Origin: Octopus sinensis
Taxonomy: Eukaryota
NCBI RefSeq assembly: GCF_006345805.1
Contig: NW_021836765.1
Location: 1-22,852, forward strand
DNA length: 22,852 nt
Reading direction: 5' to 3'
The notes beneath the pieces were generated by a model. The model did not search any database and had not been told where the DNA came from. It was given only the letters and a program-made list of their open reading frames with translations. The stretch's first letter is position 1, and every line of letters starts with the position of its first letter. Positions 21,783-22,852 of the stretch are shown here, one piece after another. Position numbers and translations under genes: made by a program.

Positions 21783-21950
21783 CTAACTTAGGAATGAAAA
21801 CCTAGGTTCGAAATTTCCCCCAAGAGACCTGACGAAGGCTGGAGGGTATATTAGCCGAAACGTTAGGTTAGCAACAAACAAGATGAGGACAAATATCCGT
21901 CAAATGTAAATAATATAAATAATGTACATAATTCCTCATCTCTTAAGTAT
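21783..21950 (+). mobile_element. Hammerhead-containing tail of the tRNA-(AAT)n element
   Basis: Homologous to 20761-20933 in opposite orientation. Confidence 0.85.
21824..21869 (+). ncRNA. Type I hammerhead motif, helix II intact, helix I damaged
   Basis: GAGAC CUGACGA(21829-35) A GGCUG-GAGGGUAUAU-UAGCC GAAA(21857-60) CG UU AGGUU. Confidence 0.72.
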
Positions 21951-21957
21951 AGAACCG

Positions 21958-22066
21958 ATGTATGTATGTATGTATGTATGTATGTATGTATGTATGTATT
22001 ATGTATGAATGTATGTATGTATGTATGTGTGTATGTATGTATATATGTATGTATGTATGCATGTAT
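21958..22066. repeat. (TATG)n microsatellite
   Basis: Read directly from the sequence. Confidence 0.96.
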
Positions 22067-22068
22067 CT

Positions 22069-22547
22069 GTGGCTGTATGGTAAGTAGCTTGCTTCCCTAC
22101 CACATGGTTCCGGATTCAGTCCCACTGAGTAGCACCTTGGGCAATTGTCTTCTGCTATAGCCTCGGGCCGACCAAAGCCTAGTGAGTGGATTTGGTAGAT
22201 GGAAACTGAAAGAAGCCTGTCATATATATGTTATATATATATATATATAATATATATATATAATATATATTATATATTATATATGAATGTATGTATGTAT
22301 TGTATCTATTTATGTATGTATGTATGCATGTATGTATGTGTGTGTGTATATTTGTGTGCCCCAACTTCGCTTGACAACCGATGTTGGTCTGTTTACGTCC
22401 CCATAACTTAGCGGTTCGGCAAAAATGATCGATAGAATATGAACTAGGCTTACAAAAGAATAAGTCCTGGGTTGATTTGCTCGACTAAAGGCGGTACTCC
22501 AGCATGGCCGCAGTCAAATGACTGTAATCAATAAAAGAGCAAAAGAG
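22069..22547 (+). mobile_element. SINE family A with expanded internal TA/TATG tract
   Basis: Collinear with 1998-2405 and 19115-19492. Confidence 0.92.
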
Positions 22548-22650
22548 TATGTATATATATATATACTCATACATTATCTATAGCTTTATGTACTTTAGAT
22601 GTGTGTATGTGTGCGTGTGCGTGTGTGTGAGAGAAAGAGAGGATGATCGT

Positions 22651-22822
22651 GGGTTTGGGCTTAGTGGTTAGAGTCTTATACTTGTGATCATAAAATTATG
22701 GTTTCGATTCATGGACCGGGCAATTCGTTGTGCTCTTGAGTCAAACACTTCATTTTAGTTTCTCCAGTTTATCAGCGGCTAAAAATGGAATAATCCTGCG
22801 CAGACCGCCTCCCGTCCAGAGG
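22651..22822 (+). mobile_element. Diverged tRNA-derived SINE (family D)
   Basis: A-box-like GGGCTTAGTGG (22657-67), B-box-like GGTTTCGATTC (22700-10), CTTGAG.CAAACACTT, and CCTGCG...CCCGTCCAG reminiscent of V-type SINE domains (from memory, unverified). Confidence 0.65.
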
Positions 22823-22852
22823 TAATGTATATACCGTATATATGTCTGTTTG

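Overview
AT-rich, microsatellite-saturated non-coding metazoan DNA. The repeat landscape suggests a cephalopod (Octopus-like) genome; that is my inference, not a search result. I find no host protein-coding exon, and nearly all ORF-track entries are translations of simple repeats. Recognisable content: (i) a decayed Penelope-like retroelement (RT with YRDD plus GIY-YIG endonuclease, minus strand, ~1140-2740) split by a SINE; (ii) a near full-length dead DD37D (maT) Tc1/mariner transposon (8015-9280); (iii) fragments of an L1/Tx1-clade and a CR1-clade LINE; (iv) copies of at least four tRNA-derived SINE families and a small MITE. The most interesting layer is six type I hammerhead-ribozyme-like motifs (5893, 6095, 7537, 20148, 20830, 21824) from several short repeat families. 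Two belong to what looks like a tRNA-headed, (AAT)n-linked, hammerhead-tailed short element. It occurs as a head-to-head inverted pair, and its (AAT)n tract has been hit by a separate 555-bp insertion (20761-21950).
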